Source: the human T2T-CHM13v2.0 reference genome, Homo sapiens
NCBI RefSeq assembly: GCF_009914755.1
Contig: NC_060928.1
DNA: 64,000 nt
Strand: one strand, 5' to 3'
Shown: positions 63,017 to 64,000 of the stretch, in pieces
Layout of the letters: each line of letters begins with the position of its first letter
How positions within the stretch are numbered: position 1 is the stretch's first letter
Made by a program: the position numbers and the translations under genes
The notes under the pieces: model-generated
The model's database searches: none
Seen by the model: only the letters and a program-made list of their open reading frames with translations
Told to the model about the DNA's origin: nothing

Positions 63017-64000
63017 TTACTCTTACCATCTTTACTACTTTCAAGTGTACAATTCAGTTGTAATAAATCTCCTCTTTTACTGAGGGCATTAATTCCATAA
63101 TGAGGGTTCCAACTTCATAACTGAATCTAACCCTAATTGGCTTCCAAGGTCCTCATCTCCAAATACCATCACAATGGAGATTAGAGTGTCAACCTGTAAA
63201 CTTGGAGAGGACACAAACATTCAGTCCACAGCAGAGGCCAAACCTTGACTTTGGACTGCAACTCCATTCTGCCCGCACCCCCCCAAAAATAATTCTCTGA
63301 AGCAATGAAGCCTAAAACCAACTATAATTTGTAGAACACTGGAGAGGACAATACAAAGACCAAAGAAACAAATTACCATTTTAATAAATTACTCTGTAAC
63401 CATTTTAGCTTCATAAACTTTTTGAAGTAGATGTTATCTGGATATACATTTAATACAAAATGGGCATGATTAATAGAGAAATTTCAAATTTTAATTCACA
63501 CACCAGTCAGCAGGAAGTCCTTCAAAAAAATTCAGGATATAAACTGGAACATTTTGAACATACAGTCTCCTCCACACCCTTATTTAGGAGTGACAGCATT
63601 TTTAATATTATGTGCTGATTTCATATAAAACACTATAACACTATAGTATGCCCAGTCAACCAGAAACTAAATAAAAATATATAAACTCATATTTTACACA
63701 ACGATGAAAAACAAGGTTATCAAAGAAGTTGTGTTTTCTATAAAATAAGAAAACACATTTCCCTGACTAAAAACTCAGAAGCATTGATCTATTATTTTGT
63801 TGAGATTTGAAAGTCTCATTCTGGCTGTGATTAACACTCTCGCATATAACAAGCAACACCTTAAAAAGAAAGCCTATTTTCCTTTTTTTCTCCTTTTTCA
63901 CAACATTGCTTTCTCTTAAGTACCACTTAAAATTCAAGTAGGGTTTTTTTTTATGACTAAGGTCACATTATAAAATAGCATATAAGATGAAAGTAATAGA

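Larger units (their letters stand above)
62399..63233 (-). mobile_element. MaLR LTR (MLT1A0/MSTD-like) with nested L1 tail and Alu
   Basis: TGTCTTA...GGGCTGCTGTAACAGAATACCAC start and GGACACAAACATTCAGTCCACAGCA end; halves joined by TSD CTCCTCTTTT. Confidence 0.85.

Overview
Primate genomic DNA (very likely human or another ape, judging from AluY, L1PA3-type and HERV-K HML-2 LTR5 elements). It is AT-rich and looks intergenic or deep-intronic. I find no credible intact protein-coding gene, tRNA/rRNA gene or CRISPR array. The recognisable ORFs are decayed transposon fragments: L1 ORF2, Tigger2 and HSMAR2 transposases, and Alu-derived frames. A large share of the window is interspersed repeat: an ~11 kb nested L1M/Tigger block, MaLR LTRs, ERV1 LTRs, an HML-2 solo LTR, Alus and MIRs. 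Repeat-poor stretches lie at about 20.6-28.2 kb, 32.9-36 kb and 46.7-49.9 kb. I do not see a convincing new biological system. The most unusual structures are: (i) a ~340-bp, ~90%-identical inverted duplication of an MLT1D LTR at 58.1-59.3 kb; (ii) a 5'-truncated L1PA inserted about 30 bp downstream of a MER50 LTR TATA-like box, i.e. at the predicted LTR start site; (iii) a twin-primed, 5'-inverted L1PA3 with visible priming microhomology; and (iv) an old ~240-bp local direct duplication. Subfamily names come from recalled consensus sequences and need RepeatMasker/Dfam confirmation. Identities were counted by eye.
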